DNA of 64,000 nucleotides, taken from the NCBI GenBank assembly GCA_030248215.1, contig JASANG010003092.1, forward strand, positions 1 through 64,000. The letters are read 5' to 3'. This document shows, piece by piece, positions 1 through 13,000 of the stretch (its first letter is position 1; the number at the start of each line of letters is the position of its first letter). This DNA is from Enoplolaimus lenunculus (Eukaryota). The position numbers and the translations under genes are program-made. Under the pieces are notes generated by a model. The model saw only the letters and a list, made by a program, of their open reading frames with translations, searched no databases and was not told where the DNA came from.

Positions 1-1430
1 AATTTGCTGGCCTTAATCTTGGGTATTTTGTGTCATACGGGTTTCGGGTTGGGGATTTATAATAAACATTTACCGGCCGCGTTTTACTAAATCAGAGCGA
101 TACGCATACATCGAGGAAAGAACTATACAGGCGATACAGGATACAGGCTTAAGTCAAAATCACGAACTTCTCACAATCAGGTCAACGATTTATCGGGGAC
201 GACGAAATGTCGGTCGACGAATTGTACAGCGACGAATTGTCGCGATACATCACAGTTCCTTCGGGCACTCTGTATTATGTAAGAAGCGGTGTCGCTTGTG
301 ACAGACTAGGACAAAGCAGCTGTCCTTTCTATGATGTATTTTGCTTTCAGAATCTTATTTTAGATGTTCTTTTCTTGAGGACTTTCGGTTTGCTTCTAAA
401 ATTGCCAAAAACTAAAACAAACGCTTTGAAATTTCACAAAATACGGAAATTTCAGCACCGACACTTCCGGAACTTGCGGCGTGACTTCAAATCTTGGTTT
501 GCAGTTTGCTTCATGATACTTATACACAAAGTTTAAGTTTAAGTCCGAAGCGCTCGTTTGCCGAACACCTCGGGTTTTATTAAAAGGATAAACCACATTT
601 ACATCAACGAAAGCAATTATATAAACCAAAGAAGGCAACAACATATTATCATAACATAACAAAGGTCCTTGAAAATTACCCATTATTCTACTCTGCTTGC
701 AAGGATATTATTCAGAGCAAATATGTTAAAAAGCACACAAGAAACCTAGTTTCAAAACAAACTACAAATCAGGTACGCTGAGAAAAAGACATTCGAAAAC
801 CCAGCATGCTATCATTCTGTCGGGTTATTGTTCCAAAAACCTTAAAAAAACATTCTTCTTTTAGATACAGCTTAAGTTTGCACAAATTTCTATAAACATT
901 TTCCTGAAAAACATCAACAACACAGACATTTTCATTGAAGGAAAAAATTAATCAGCTCATAACGAAATTACACGAATATTCTTTATATCAAACCAGTAAA
1001 ACATGACAAGGTAAGCGTACAAAAAACAAGCCAGGTTTTTACACTAATCCTTGAAGTGAAATATACTGCAGAATTCTATTTTATTCATAGCCTATCATGT
1101 ATTTTGTTTTTGTTTCAAAAGCATTTTATAGCCAAAATATGACAGTGTGAAATGTTTCGTGGCATATACGTTAGCAAATTCACCACAAATTGCCAAAAAC
1201 AACTTTAATGTGTTTTACACATCAAAACACCTTCATACAACAAAATTTTCACAGCAAAAGTAGGTTGCAATGTATATTTCTACAGACAAACGGCCCATGT
1301 AAAGATCAGGGGCAGAACGTTTTTGTGTGGGACTATAAAGCAGTAAGCTTAAGCTTTAGACAATTTTTTACTTGGCTAAGGCTTAGGCTTAGGAATATGC
1401 TTATAATATTGTTGAGCCCTTGTTATTTAA

Positions 1431-1642
1431 CCCCTTTTACATTGAGTTGCCTGAACCATTGCAACACGTATATATACATAGTACTAAATCACCACAAGAC
1501 GTGAGAGCCCCCTCGAGCTCGAGCGTCAAGCTTCTATAGCTGAGTGGTGATGGTATACGCCTCCCACTCCAGTCACTGGAGTTCGAATCCTAGCATAAAA
1601 GTAGGTCTCATGGAAAATAGAAAATATTCATGTGAGAAAGGG
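1431..1642 (+). mobile_element. piggyBac-like MITE with tRNA-derived internal module, copy 1 (internal ~50-bp deletion)
   Basis: TTAA at 1427-1430 and 1643-1646. TIRs CCCCTTTTACAT / ATGTGAGAAAGGG. A-box TAGCTGAGTGG at 1537-1547, B-box GTTCGAATCC at 1581-1590. Confidence 0.8.
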
Positions 1643-1675
1643 TTAAGCGAAAAATTTTCAGTTTACTATCTATAA

Positions 1676-1939
1676 CCCCTTCTCACATTGAGTTGCCTGT
1701 AGGCAACTCAGCGCAGTGCATATACGTTAAATAATATATATCGCACCGTGTTTAACAATTGCAACACGTATGCATAGTACTAAATCACCACCAAGACGTG
1801 AGAGCACCCTCGGGCTCGAGCGTCAAGCTCCTATAGCTGAGTGGTGATGGTATACGCCTCCCACTCCAGTCACTGGAGTTCGAATCCTAGCATAAAAGTA
1901 GGTTTCTGGGGAAATAGAAAATATTCCTGTGAGAAAGGG
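1676..1939 (+). mobile_element. piggyBac-like MITE with tRNA-derived internal module, copy 2
   Basis: ATAA/TTAA flanks, TIRs CCCCTTCTCACA / TGTGAGAAAGGG. Near-identical to 31443-31705. Confidence 0.8.
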
Positions 1940-2135
1940 TTAAGCCAGACAATAACAAAACGTGTACCTATATACAAATATCACCATCAGCTTGTCGATA
2001 CATCAAACCCACATTCTTATATAGACCATTATTGAAATTTGGGAATAAACCTTGTAGTCTCTAACCAAACACTTTGTTGCTGGATCCTCTGCTGTGCCCC
2101 TATACACCTTCTAACCGGTAAATAATAAACAGAAA

Positions 2136-4247
2136 TCACTCATTTTTATTTTTACCATCATCAGGATTCAGACGCCACATTTCAAAGTTTAGGTACGTCG
2201 CAAACGCAACCCAGGCAATGTACGGCACCATTAAAACACCTGAAGTTTGATTGATCGGCCTGAACACAGCCGCAGTTAACACGACACTCGATAGCAATCC
2301 AAAGATTTCAACTAAAGCCTGTAATATGTAAAATACTGGGGGGTGCAAAGGGAATTCCAATTCTCCGATGTCATCCAGTCCCGTTTGGCACCCCGATCAT
2401 GGGTTGGACTTGGAATCATGACCAAACCGGGATATAAAGCCAATTTTTAAGCGATACCATGTGAGAACCTTGTTATATGATAATAGTCTATTCGTCCTCA
2501 TCAATAAATTCGAGGAATTCCGGCATCTTGTTTTCGTCGCTATGAGCCCCTTGGTGACATGGATCTTGAGGCCGCGGCGCCGCTTTCTAACAATGTGAAC
2601 TAGTCCTGATAAATATTTTCAAAATAACACAATACTACGTTTCTCAGACAGAGCAGGGATGAAACATGATTACTTGCTCAAAATTAAAATATGTTCGCGT
2701 CGCGCGCATGTATCACTATGTTGTATAAAAATACGGACGAGAAACAGCGGAAAGGGAACGAATTTAGACTCAGTGACTGTATTCGAAGCGTCCCACTCTA
2801 TGATTCAAACACTATTGATACTACTGATTGCACGTTTATGCACAAACTCACCACTCCAAGCTTATGTGAACCAAAAAATATTGGCGTCCACGCCCAATTC
2901 AACGCTAAACTGGCACCGTAAATGGCAAGTGCTAATCCAGCGGGGCCCTGCAACATATAAATACCACTTAATACAAAACAGAAAACTTTCACCTTCTATG
3001 TCTCAAATTTAAAGAAGCTAAGTGGAAGTGAAACAAAACTTTCAATTTTAAGATACCATTTAAAAGTTTTGGTACTTGTTTACTTATCCTCCACAAAAAA
3101 GTCCCCCTGCACATAACTAACCTGATCCTATTCTTGAGAACAAGCCTACGCTAAAGACAAAACCTTAGCCTGAGAGTTGGAGCCTAAGCGTATGCAGGAC
3201 AACACAAAATTCTATTGAATTGACACTAGTGTGGCGGAGTGTGGGAGAGGGAAGTTAAACAAGCACAAGTATCAAACGTTTGGCTTTATGCCAAGTGATA
3301 TCTGTATAGATATATACTGAAATATGAATGCAATAACTACATACCTTACCAAAAAAGACCAAGTTTGTTTACAGGACCTCACCTCAAATCCGCCTCCGTC
3401 GCGCCACACCAAGTACGAAGCGTATCCCATTCCTGAGTATAAAGCGGTCCACACAGGCCCAAAAATTGCATCAGGTGGCGTAAGTCGAGGTTTATTAAGT
3501 GTCTATAATGTGCAGAAAAAAATATATGTACAAAAATAACGCAGTAGATTCATATACTGCGATCGCCTTGGTTACCAATGTACTTTCCGAATGAAAACCT
3601 TTATGTCCTTGAAGATGACTCGATATAAGGCAGCAACGACCTTGAAATACTAAGACGAAGAGAGACGCAGTCCTCTCTGTCCCCGACGCGGACCTGCGAG
3701 CGGTTGTATTCAGTGCTGTGGAATAGATGATTACATATCGGAACAGCTGGGAATTAGACCCGAGCCTCCGGAGTACATGCCACCACAACAGATATGCTAA
3801 CCACTACTAGACTGGCCTATGATATTACAAGGCCAAATTGCGCCATATTTCGTTTTTAGGCGATATTCTCGAATTTGTTTAGCAACTTCGCCAATTAGCA
3901 GCAACAGACAGTCACTCAGACCTTAAAAAGCACACGTCATTTGAAAATTCCAGGTAGTAACTGAATTGATTAAGCACTAATGCTATCACTTAGTAAATAA
4001 AAAGTAATTTTTGCCCAAGCCATAACCTTAAGTGTAATGGAAACACGACAGTGTACAACAGCAAGTTTGACAACACAGCCGCCTACCACAGAATACAACC
4101 GTCAAATATATAAACAGATTTATCCGCCCATGTGCTTACCTGATACCATGCACGAGTATCTTTCACAAATAATTTTGCGTTGAGCAACCCACCAATATTT
4201 GGCAACATCACAGCTCCAGCAATTCGCATCCAATCCGGAATGGTCAT
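2136..4247 (-). CDS. TSPO: Translocator protein (TspO/MBR family), 4 coding exons, 168 aa
   Basis: Exons 4247-4140, 3502-3383, 2947-2852 and 2318-2136, all GT-AG and phase 0. The spliced protein has TSPO motifs: [49 protein letters not shown] and [23 protein letters not shown]. Confidence 0.95.
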
Positions 4248-4989
4248 GATAAAACCGGTAATACGGAATGCAAATGAAACAATAAAGGTCTAAACGTTGA
4301 AAATTTTCTATATTCTTAGTTAACTCACTATTTAAGCAATTTTTAATCCTACCATGTTTTCTAAGCAATATACATCTTACGTTTTTCGACAGTTTGTTTG
4401 GAAAATTAAAATTCAGCCAATTGTCGCGAATGGGTTAATTACTCTACCATGAATTTGTGTTGAAGGTCTTATGCAGAATGTCGACGAATTTTGAGAAAAA
4501 TGTTCCGCTGCTTTCCCTAATAAAAGTTCAATGTCCCCTGATATTTTTTGGAAAAAACGTGACATGAAAGATGTTATTCAATCTGAATTGGAGATAGTAA
4601 TAAATCCAAAATATATCACTTTCTACGCCATATGAAATTTACTCAATCCGCTGAACATCGAATTTTGCAGTTGAAATTTAAACGATCATGAATTGAGATA
4701 CAACAGGTTGTGAAAAATAGATGAGTTGGACATCGACAAAATTTCGCGGAGTCTGATGCAAAACCGAATCTTGCACTTAAGGTGATGCTATCGTTACATT
4801 TAAAAATATCCATGTGTAGTCAGAAGTTTACTTTTGGAATTCTTTTGGGACAATTCTTATCAGTTGAACAATTGCACAGGAAAATACTCCAAAACATTAA
4901 CCAACGCAGCATTTATATTGTGAAAAATTAATAACCGAAATTACCGAAACGTTGCCAAAAACATTGACAAAAATTGAGTGTCCATTTTA

Positions 4990-5650
4990 AGCTGGAGCCG
5001 GAGGCATACATCGGGTTGTACCTAGTGTCGAACCGATATATCGGTATAGGAATTGGTAAAATCGGGGTATAGGGAAGGGTATTGGTATTTTGGCCCATGT
5101 AAAGATCAGGGGCGGAACGTTTTTCTGTGGGACTAGAATAGAGTAAGCTTAAGCTTTAGACTAATAGCATTTTGCAGATATTGGCTAATAATTAATTAAC
5201 CATCATTTTTACTACTTAATTTCGCCTCACCTCCGGCTCCGGGAAGTTTCGTTTACCTCCGGCTCCGGTATTATTCACCTCCGGTTGCACCCTGATATAT
5301 ATGTAATTGCCAGGATACAACCGGAGGTTTGCCTCCGGCTCCGGCTCCAGTAGAATTTTTGCCGGAGGTTCCGGCAATTTCGGTAGTAGAATTTTGCATA
5401 GTTTTGCAAAATTTATGTGTTTAGCTTATTTCGTTTTCCTTTTATCACAATTTTCAGGCAAGAATTTCCGAAATTTCGCAGAAAATTAGCGTAAAACCAA
5501 ACAACTTAAATAATATATTGCAGATATTGGCTGAAATTAACTAATTAACCATCATTTTTACTACCTAACTTCGCCTCACCTCCGGTTCCGGCTCCGGCAA
5601 GTTTCGTTGACCTCCGGCTCCGGCATTTTTACCTCCGGTTGCACTACGTA
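4990..5650. mobile_element. Cluster of truncated/tandem MITEs (hAT-like with TCCGGC repeats plus a partial telomere-MITE end)
   Basis: ~125-bp direct repeat (5171-5294 and 5518-5645) ending CCGGTTGCAC. GGCCCATGTAAAGATCAGGGGCGG at 5092. Confidence 0.65.
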
Positions 5651-7079
5651 GTTCCAGAAATGTAACTCACCATTGGACGCTTGCGAATATAGGGCGGAGC
5701 CCAGATGCAGGCTAACAATCGAAGACCTACCGTTTTAAGCTTTTCGATACTCAGGGCATGGTTTTGTGGCTACGACAAAAAATTCTTACTCAATACAGAG
5801 AGATGGCCACGAAAACATGCTGTAGACACTGTTTCACTTGTCCGTCGCGTTTGTTTCAACGAGACATTTTTGCTGGAGCCTAACTGAAATTAGCGTTGGT
5901 TTTATTAAGACTTCATAAAATTCCGGTTTAACGATAAATTCACACAGCAATACCTTTGAAAGTTTAACAAAGCAAAATGATTGTACATGGCGTACCGGAA
6001 TCAGAACAGCTTACGTTACTGATTACTAAAAGGCTACATTCCAGAACACGACAGCAAGCAATATATATTTGCATTTGCCACGAACAACTTTTGCGAATTT
6101 CCATGTTTTGCGGTGTGCTGTACATCGGTATCCAAATATCGGTCAATCTTCCTTCGATTGAGAGGCGTAATAATAGTAGTAAAACCATATTCCTAGGTAG
6201 AGCTGAAACTGGCCCGGGCCAAGCCACGTTTATAGAAATTGCCAAAAATTAGCGAATTTAAGAATATTTTAACAGCCTATCTCGCGCTATTAACGGCTCC
6301 AGTTAGTATCCGCCGGTGCACATAGAGTTTCTCTCAGAGTTATGAAAGAATGCACGTAGCTTATTTGCCTATAAATGAAACTACATCGGTTTACTTTAAA
6401 AAATGTAGCCTGTAAAGACTAAACTTCTGCTCAACTGAAACGAACAATACACGCCCGCAACAACATATACGGGAAAAATAAAATTTTATTTTGGTTACCT
6501 TGCAAGAAAATATACAATAAGTTACGATATAATATTAATAATGCATATTCAGAAAAATGTACATATCACCAACTCAGGAAGCAAACGAATTCAAAAATAT
6601 CCTCAGCCCGGTTAGGTACTATGATATCTATAACGAACAGAAAACTGATCATAGACAATCTTCCGATCACGAAAATCAGTGCTTATGCATTTGAAAGTTT
6701 AATAACTGCCATAAATATATATTCAAACAAAACCATTGAGTCCCGGTGAAATTCCTGAAGACATTTGCGGTGAGTACAACTCAAACCTTTCAAAATACTG
6801 AAATTCTTAATGCCTTGATTTTGTAACCAGACACGGTTAAGCATTCGGCGCGCAAAACCGTGCGTTCACAGCTATCACAACACAATATATAGAGACAATT
6901 ACACAGCAGATCTGGGCAACCCCTTAATGTAAAAAATGGTAAGGTCATTATCATTTAAATATTAAAATAGCACATGGCCTTTCGCTCGCAAACTTCCTTC
7001 GACCCTCGTATAGGTATTGTGCTCGCGCGTATGTGCTCACGTTTTTTATCGATTGTTGTCACTCTGTATCACAGATCAT

Positions 7080-10000
7080 TCACGATATACACTCGTTGTA
7101 ATCAAATTTTACGTATTTCAATAACTTCTTTAATTGACACGCAATATCAGCCTCACTGGCACTTTCTGGCAACAGTGTCACAACATAATCCAACAAGCGT
7201 TCAATTGATTGCCTGCTTAGCATATGCGGAATTTTAACCCGATCAGAGCCAGCACTTTCAAGCCACGTTTTCAAAACTGTATCTAAATTCGTTACTAATT
7301 CAGACCCGTGAGTAGCTAAAGGATTATCACCAATGATATATCGAATGCGTTCACCAGCAACCAATAACAATTCTGATCCCAGCAACAATTTGGTGTTAAC
7401 ACGATGCATACGTCTTTCTGCAAGCAAATCATGACCACATGAATATAATGTTACAACAATCGCACGCTGCAATGCATCTATATCAATTTCATGCCATTCT
7501 GCGGCGACTTCAAAAACAATTTGAAATTTTAACAATTCTTCAATACTTTTCAACGTTTCCGGCTGAATTTTACTTGCCGATTCGGTGCTATTTTCCCCGC
7601 TAGGAATAGGACCCGACCCGAATTGAACTAAAGCGTTGTAAAAATCTTCAGACGGCGGTGGAATACATTCGTCAATAGCAGTTTTAATAATACGCTGTAA
7701 AAATCGGACCCGAGCGCCTTTCACTGACGGATCAAGTTCATCGTGTCTCGGCAGTAACGGATGAGAATACAACGACGCTGCGACAGCTGCTTTACGACCT
7801 TTTTCGTCGTAAAACATAGTCAACGGGCGAACAGATTTCAAATTATATTGAATCAATAACTGAACACAACGAAGCAAACTATATTGATGACGCGCTAATT
7901 GATAGTTGGTCGGTTTTTGACGTGCAGCAATTTCGACCAACGACAAATGATGAGCGTGTACCATGGAACTGCGATCTGCAGTTATATGCCTGGGCCGAAT
8001 ATTATCACCAGATGTAAGACACGGTCGTTGAGATGAACTTGAACCAATGTGCGGTTTTCGAAAATGACTTAAAAAGGTTTCCATAACATTAGCGCTGTTG
8101 CTACGTGCAGTGTCAACTGTACCCAGAGAGTTTAGAGCTAAAGCAGCAGACGGATCGTGAGGAAGTGGCGCGATATCATACTCCGAGTTAGCGGTGAAAA
8201 TAGCTTTCAACAACGATGCCCAGGCGTCCACAGCGATCAGAACTCGTTCTTCAGGCAGGCCCAATTCTCGTCGGGTCAAGCGATCTTTCGGGGCGCGTCC
8301 AACTTTCTCAACAAGCGCCACCAACTTTGACACCAAAGGTTGACAATAACTGTGCCAAATCATATATGCTGTCCCGTGACGTAAAATATGATTATGAATT
8401 GCGGCCAAATAGTCTAGCGATATTTTCAAGGCATTCACTTGTTCCAGATCTGATGCCCACCTTTTTGCTGCGATCCAAGCACAATTTACAGCAATCGAAT
8501 CTAAATTCACCAAACGGCCAAAAACATCACACAATTCCCGCAGTTCTTCCAGCCATTTCAATTCAAATCCGTGAAAAACTTCCTCGCTTGCGCTCGCTTC
8601 TGGGTGAGAATCCCTTCGGTTAAGGGGCCCTGTTATCAGGTGAGTGAAAAGCCGTTCAAACAGACTAGAGTCGGCTTTCACTGCCACTAAGGCACGGGCT
8701 ACAACTTCAATAATTACTGTCGGACCGCTAAGCTCTCCAGATTCCGCAACCAATTGCGATAGCGAAACACGGCACCTGTCTTTCCCAACCGTTTTGATAC
8801 TGAAAGTATCTAATACGCAAAGATAGTGAAGCATCAAAACAATTTGGTCCCAACGTTCAATATCAATAGATATTACTTCAAATTTTTCGTTGGGCCGCAA
8901 ACTAGGGCCGGTGCTGTTAGCGGCCTCATCAGAGTTTGCTAACTTGTCTTGACTGCACGACCCAACTAACCCATTAGCAAGCTCCCTGTCATTTTGTCGC
9001 GGTGCGAAAGATCTTGCCACACTGCGAACTACCAATGCGAGGGTGAGCGCTTCTGGATTGCAGGTGGTCGCTAGAATTTCAGTTTCGAATTGACACAGCC
9101 AACCATTAGCGTTAGAGTTGTTTTCCACAAGCGACTCGCTCATTTCGCGCCATAAAGCCGCCTCTGATTGTTTGCCTAACACTTCTGGATTATCGCTCGT
9201 TTGATCAATTGCGTCAGTATTGCTTGTTTCTTGCGTTTCGGATACAAACTCAGTTTCGATCACGGTTGCCAACATACGATATAGATCCGGTGGGAAAACG
9301 GGCCGAATATGATAAGTATGTAGCCATCCTGCGCAAACCAATGAAATAAAATCACTAAGCGGAATGTTGAGCAACGGAAGTATTTGAGATACCAGGTATT
9401 TGGCACTACGTTTCCCGGATAAAAACGGTGCTAAAATAAATTCAGCCAGTCGTTGCAACAATTGCCGTGTTAAATTTCGGCGTAATCGAAGAAATATAAA
9501 TCGTGATTGCAGTGCTTGCGTATTATGACTTTTCGACGTTATTTCATATGAATTTAGCCGCCCAATTTCCTCAGGACGTCGACACTCACTCAAGGCTATT
9601 TCAGTTTTCATATCAGAACTAGTCCTTTGGATATTCATTACCAGCTTCTCGGCATTAGTCTTACTTACATCTGGGCTAGCAACATCAAAACTATTGAGCA
9701 TATCATGAACACTAAACAAGGACTGGCGTTCCGACATTCTCATCGCCCTCCAATCGGTACCAGAGCCCCTTGCGATAGTGCGCCTATCACTTTGCTCAAC
9801 TTCGCCCTCCACAAGGTGGCTACTTGAAATATCCGCTGAACCAGAAGCAGCCAAGGCCTTAGCATGTCTCGTCACAACATCAAGATGCGAACCAAGATCC
9901 TCTGGTTCGATCGCAAGTAACTTCGCAACTGATTCCAAACTGTCACCAACAACTTGATCACAACTCTCTTCATGGTTGTCGTTGTCATCTTCGGCATGCA

Positions 10001-13000
10001 GCATACAAACGATTGCATACGCATTCAAAAGTTGCCGGTACGCATTGGCCTTTAACTGTAATTTTTCTGCTTCGCGAAGACTTCTGGAGGTTGCCGATGG
10101 TAGAATTCTTACATGGTTTGAAATCGCTTCAAACAAACGATCAAACATTATTACACAATCCAAATGTTGACAATGGTCAAGAATTCGTGCAAGTACGCGT
10201 TTGACGCATTCAACTGTTTTCAAACGTGTAATTATCTGAAAGTGACACAAAACTAACACAGTTAAGCTATATTTCAGAAAGCCTTTTGTATACTTCTACC
10301 AAACATTTCAGGTTACGACTTAGCATTTCCAAACGCGTACGCAAAGGCTTCGATTAAGACATAAACAAGTCTTTTTCTAAACCTAACGTAAATGTGCGGA
10401 ATGTATACGAACGCCATTCAAGACAAGTGTGCCAGCATACTACGTGGAACATCAACCAAAAAACAAATTTTAAATACAAAATGTGGTACTGTTATTTTTA
10501 AAAAATTATTAGCGCAACCATCATAGGTCGCAGACTGAATTTCAATTTCTATTAATCATTCGGTTCATAGGTATAATCTATCATTTTCAGCGTTTCTTGG
10601 ATGCAATCTCGTTAAACACAACTTACAAGCCATACTGGTGGTAACCGGTGACTTCCAATGTTCCTGATTTCATACGAATTTGCAAAGGATAAACGTCTTT
10701 CTTATAATAGTAACGATTTTATAACGGTAACCCAAAAAACGGTAATCCAAAATCATGGTCATTCACATAAGTTATACGTGATGTACCTGCATTCATTTCA
10801 CGTTACAGAATACTACACAGTATTTCTTTGACTCAACGTTTCACTGTTCAATAAAAACGTGTTCGTATTGCAGTAAACGATTATTTTGACTATTTATACC
10901 AGAGTACATTCTTACATAAATACATCAGGGTGCGACCTGATATTAACCGGATATAGTATCTAAATTGGTGCACTGTTTAAAGTATACCTTTAAGTCGCGA
11001 ACTGAGCATGTTTACTGAATTAGAATTGTTAGCTTGGAATCTTCATTTTCATTAAAGTATATCAAAGATTGAACTTCTTCATTTGTCCAGAGATGCAATC
11101 GCGCTGCAAGATGTTATTGACGGGCACTTCTAAAAGCAATTTAACGAAATCCGGGACCACCACCGTATACATGAGTTAGGTTTATACCGGGAACCAGAAA
11201 CGGATACGGATATCGGTGTTTTGCGGCATATTAAACCGAATCGGGATATCCGGTCGCACCCTGATATATATCTATAGTCGCCGGATGGTACCGGCGTCTA
11301 TCACGGTTAAAAGAACAGCGTAGACACCGGCAACTCATATTTTAACTCACCATTAATAACTTTGAAAACTCATCACTGCTTGCATCATTAGTTGCTTTCA
11401 ACTCCAACAATTTCCTGATATCACCCAGCAACAATGCATCGTGCTGTTCGGCACTGCTTTTGTCTCCCAGTGACAAATGAAACGGGATGTCAAAAGTGGA
11501 AAGAGAACAAACTACTGGCAACGGCTCCCCTTCAGTGCTGTTTTGATTTGCCTCAAATCCCAAAAACACAGCCATATGACGGTACGGCGGTACTTCGGCC
11601 GGGCTAACATCATTTCGACCAATGACATACTGTGAAAGAGATACCAATACCCCTGACCGAGATACGTTAAAAGCCCCAACACGCGGACCTTGCTCAGTAG
11701 ACCATACTTCTAATAAACCACGCCGTGGCGCATAAATAACAAGGTACGTAGCGCTTGCATCAATTAGTCGTTTGGACGGCGAATCTTTAGCGTTCTAAAA
11801 AAGCGTTTTTACCGTAAATACTGAGCACTTACATAATATTATTAAACTCACAGGCATAGCAATAAACCAATTCAATTTTTATGCTGAAAAATAAACGGCC
11901 AGGATGTTCAACTGTAAAACCTTAGCAACATTTGGAAACGATTTTTGCAATAGTCGAACCATAAAACAATGAATTCACGCATTAGATATAAATAACCTAA
12001 AACTCATAACAACTGTCGCTTACGGTATACTAAAACTATAAACTCAAAATCCAGCAACATCACTAACTTCCAAAATTAAACTAACCAGTCGCAGTGGGAC
12101 CACATTTATTGAGCGAAGCTCGAACACACGTAAGCAATTAAGGTAATGCGCAAATTAGTTATTAGCTATCTGTTCATTTATCGGTTTTGGATGTTTGTAA
12201 ATAATTTATTCAGGTTCCTCACACCCAAAAACCCTTCAGTCATTCCAGTAATTAGTGAAATAATTTAAAGTCCTAATTTTGTCTTGTCAATTAAGCTAAT
12301 ATGCAAATTAGTTATAAGCTAACTATTCGATTATCGGTTTTGAGGGTTTGTAGACAATTTATTCGGATTCCTCGCACCCAAAAACCCAATATCGTTGAAA
12401 TTAGATTGCTTGTAACCCTAAGAATTAGTGAAATGTTATAAAAAATGTCTAATTTAGGCTTATCAATTATTTTTATGTGCAACTTATCTAATAACTAACT
12501 ACTCAATTATCAATTTTAGAGGTTTGTAAACAATTTATTCAGATTCCTATCAGCCAAAAACCTTCAGTAACCATAATAACAATTGAAATAATTTAAAAAG
12601 TCTTAATTTTATCTTGTGAATTAAGCTAATATTCAAATTAGTTATTAGCTAACTATTCAATTATCGGTTTTGGAGGTTTGGACACAATTTATTCAAATTC
12701 TTCGCACCTAAAAACTGTGCAATAATTAGTGAAATAATGTAGAAAGTCCTAAGTTACGCTTCGCTCAAAAATCCAAATCCTTCAAAGAGAATTCTGCCTG
12801 CTCCACTTACGTTTACTTTGATCTCTCCAGGAACTCGAAGCCACGCGACCTGCGCATCGCGGTATCCCTTCCACATGCGTACAATCACGCCTGATGAACA
12901 ATCAAGTAAGCATACTCTTGCCAAGTCGTCAGTAATCACCGCAAGTTGTGCCGCCGATCCAAGGCACCATTCTCGTGGCATCAAAGCAATCCGATCCCCG

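Larger units (their letters stand above)
1292..1946. mobile_element. Telomere-repeat MITE copy, interrupted by two piggyBac-like MITEs
   Basis: Left TIR GGCCCATGTAAAGATCAGGGGC and TTAGGC core. Flanks AGACAAAC (1284-1291) and AGACAATA (1947-1954). Confidence 0.6.

Noticed and set aside
1530..1605. Functional tRNA-Gly(CCC) gene
   Set aside because: The anticodon and acceptor stems do not pair, and the sequence sits inside a TIR element; treated as a tRNA-derived module.
2475..2525. Hammerhead ribozyme (TTGATGAGGACGAA on the minus strand)
   Set aside because: The CUGAUGA/GAAA core and stems I-III are not satisfied.
8216..8623. 135-aa plus-strand ORF and other ORFs overlapping Rab3GAP2, TSPO and ACO2 exons
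   Set aside because: Antisense or alternative-frame shadows of real exons with no recognisable features.
10985..11130. Extra Rab3GAP2 exon
   Set aside because: Stops occur in all frames, it lies inside a hAT-like MITE, and the flanking exons already join in phase 0.
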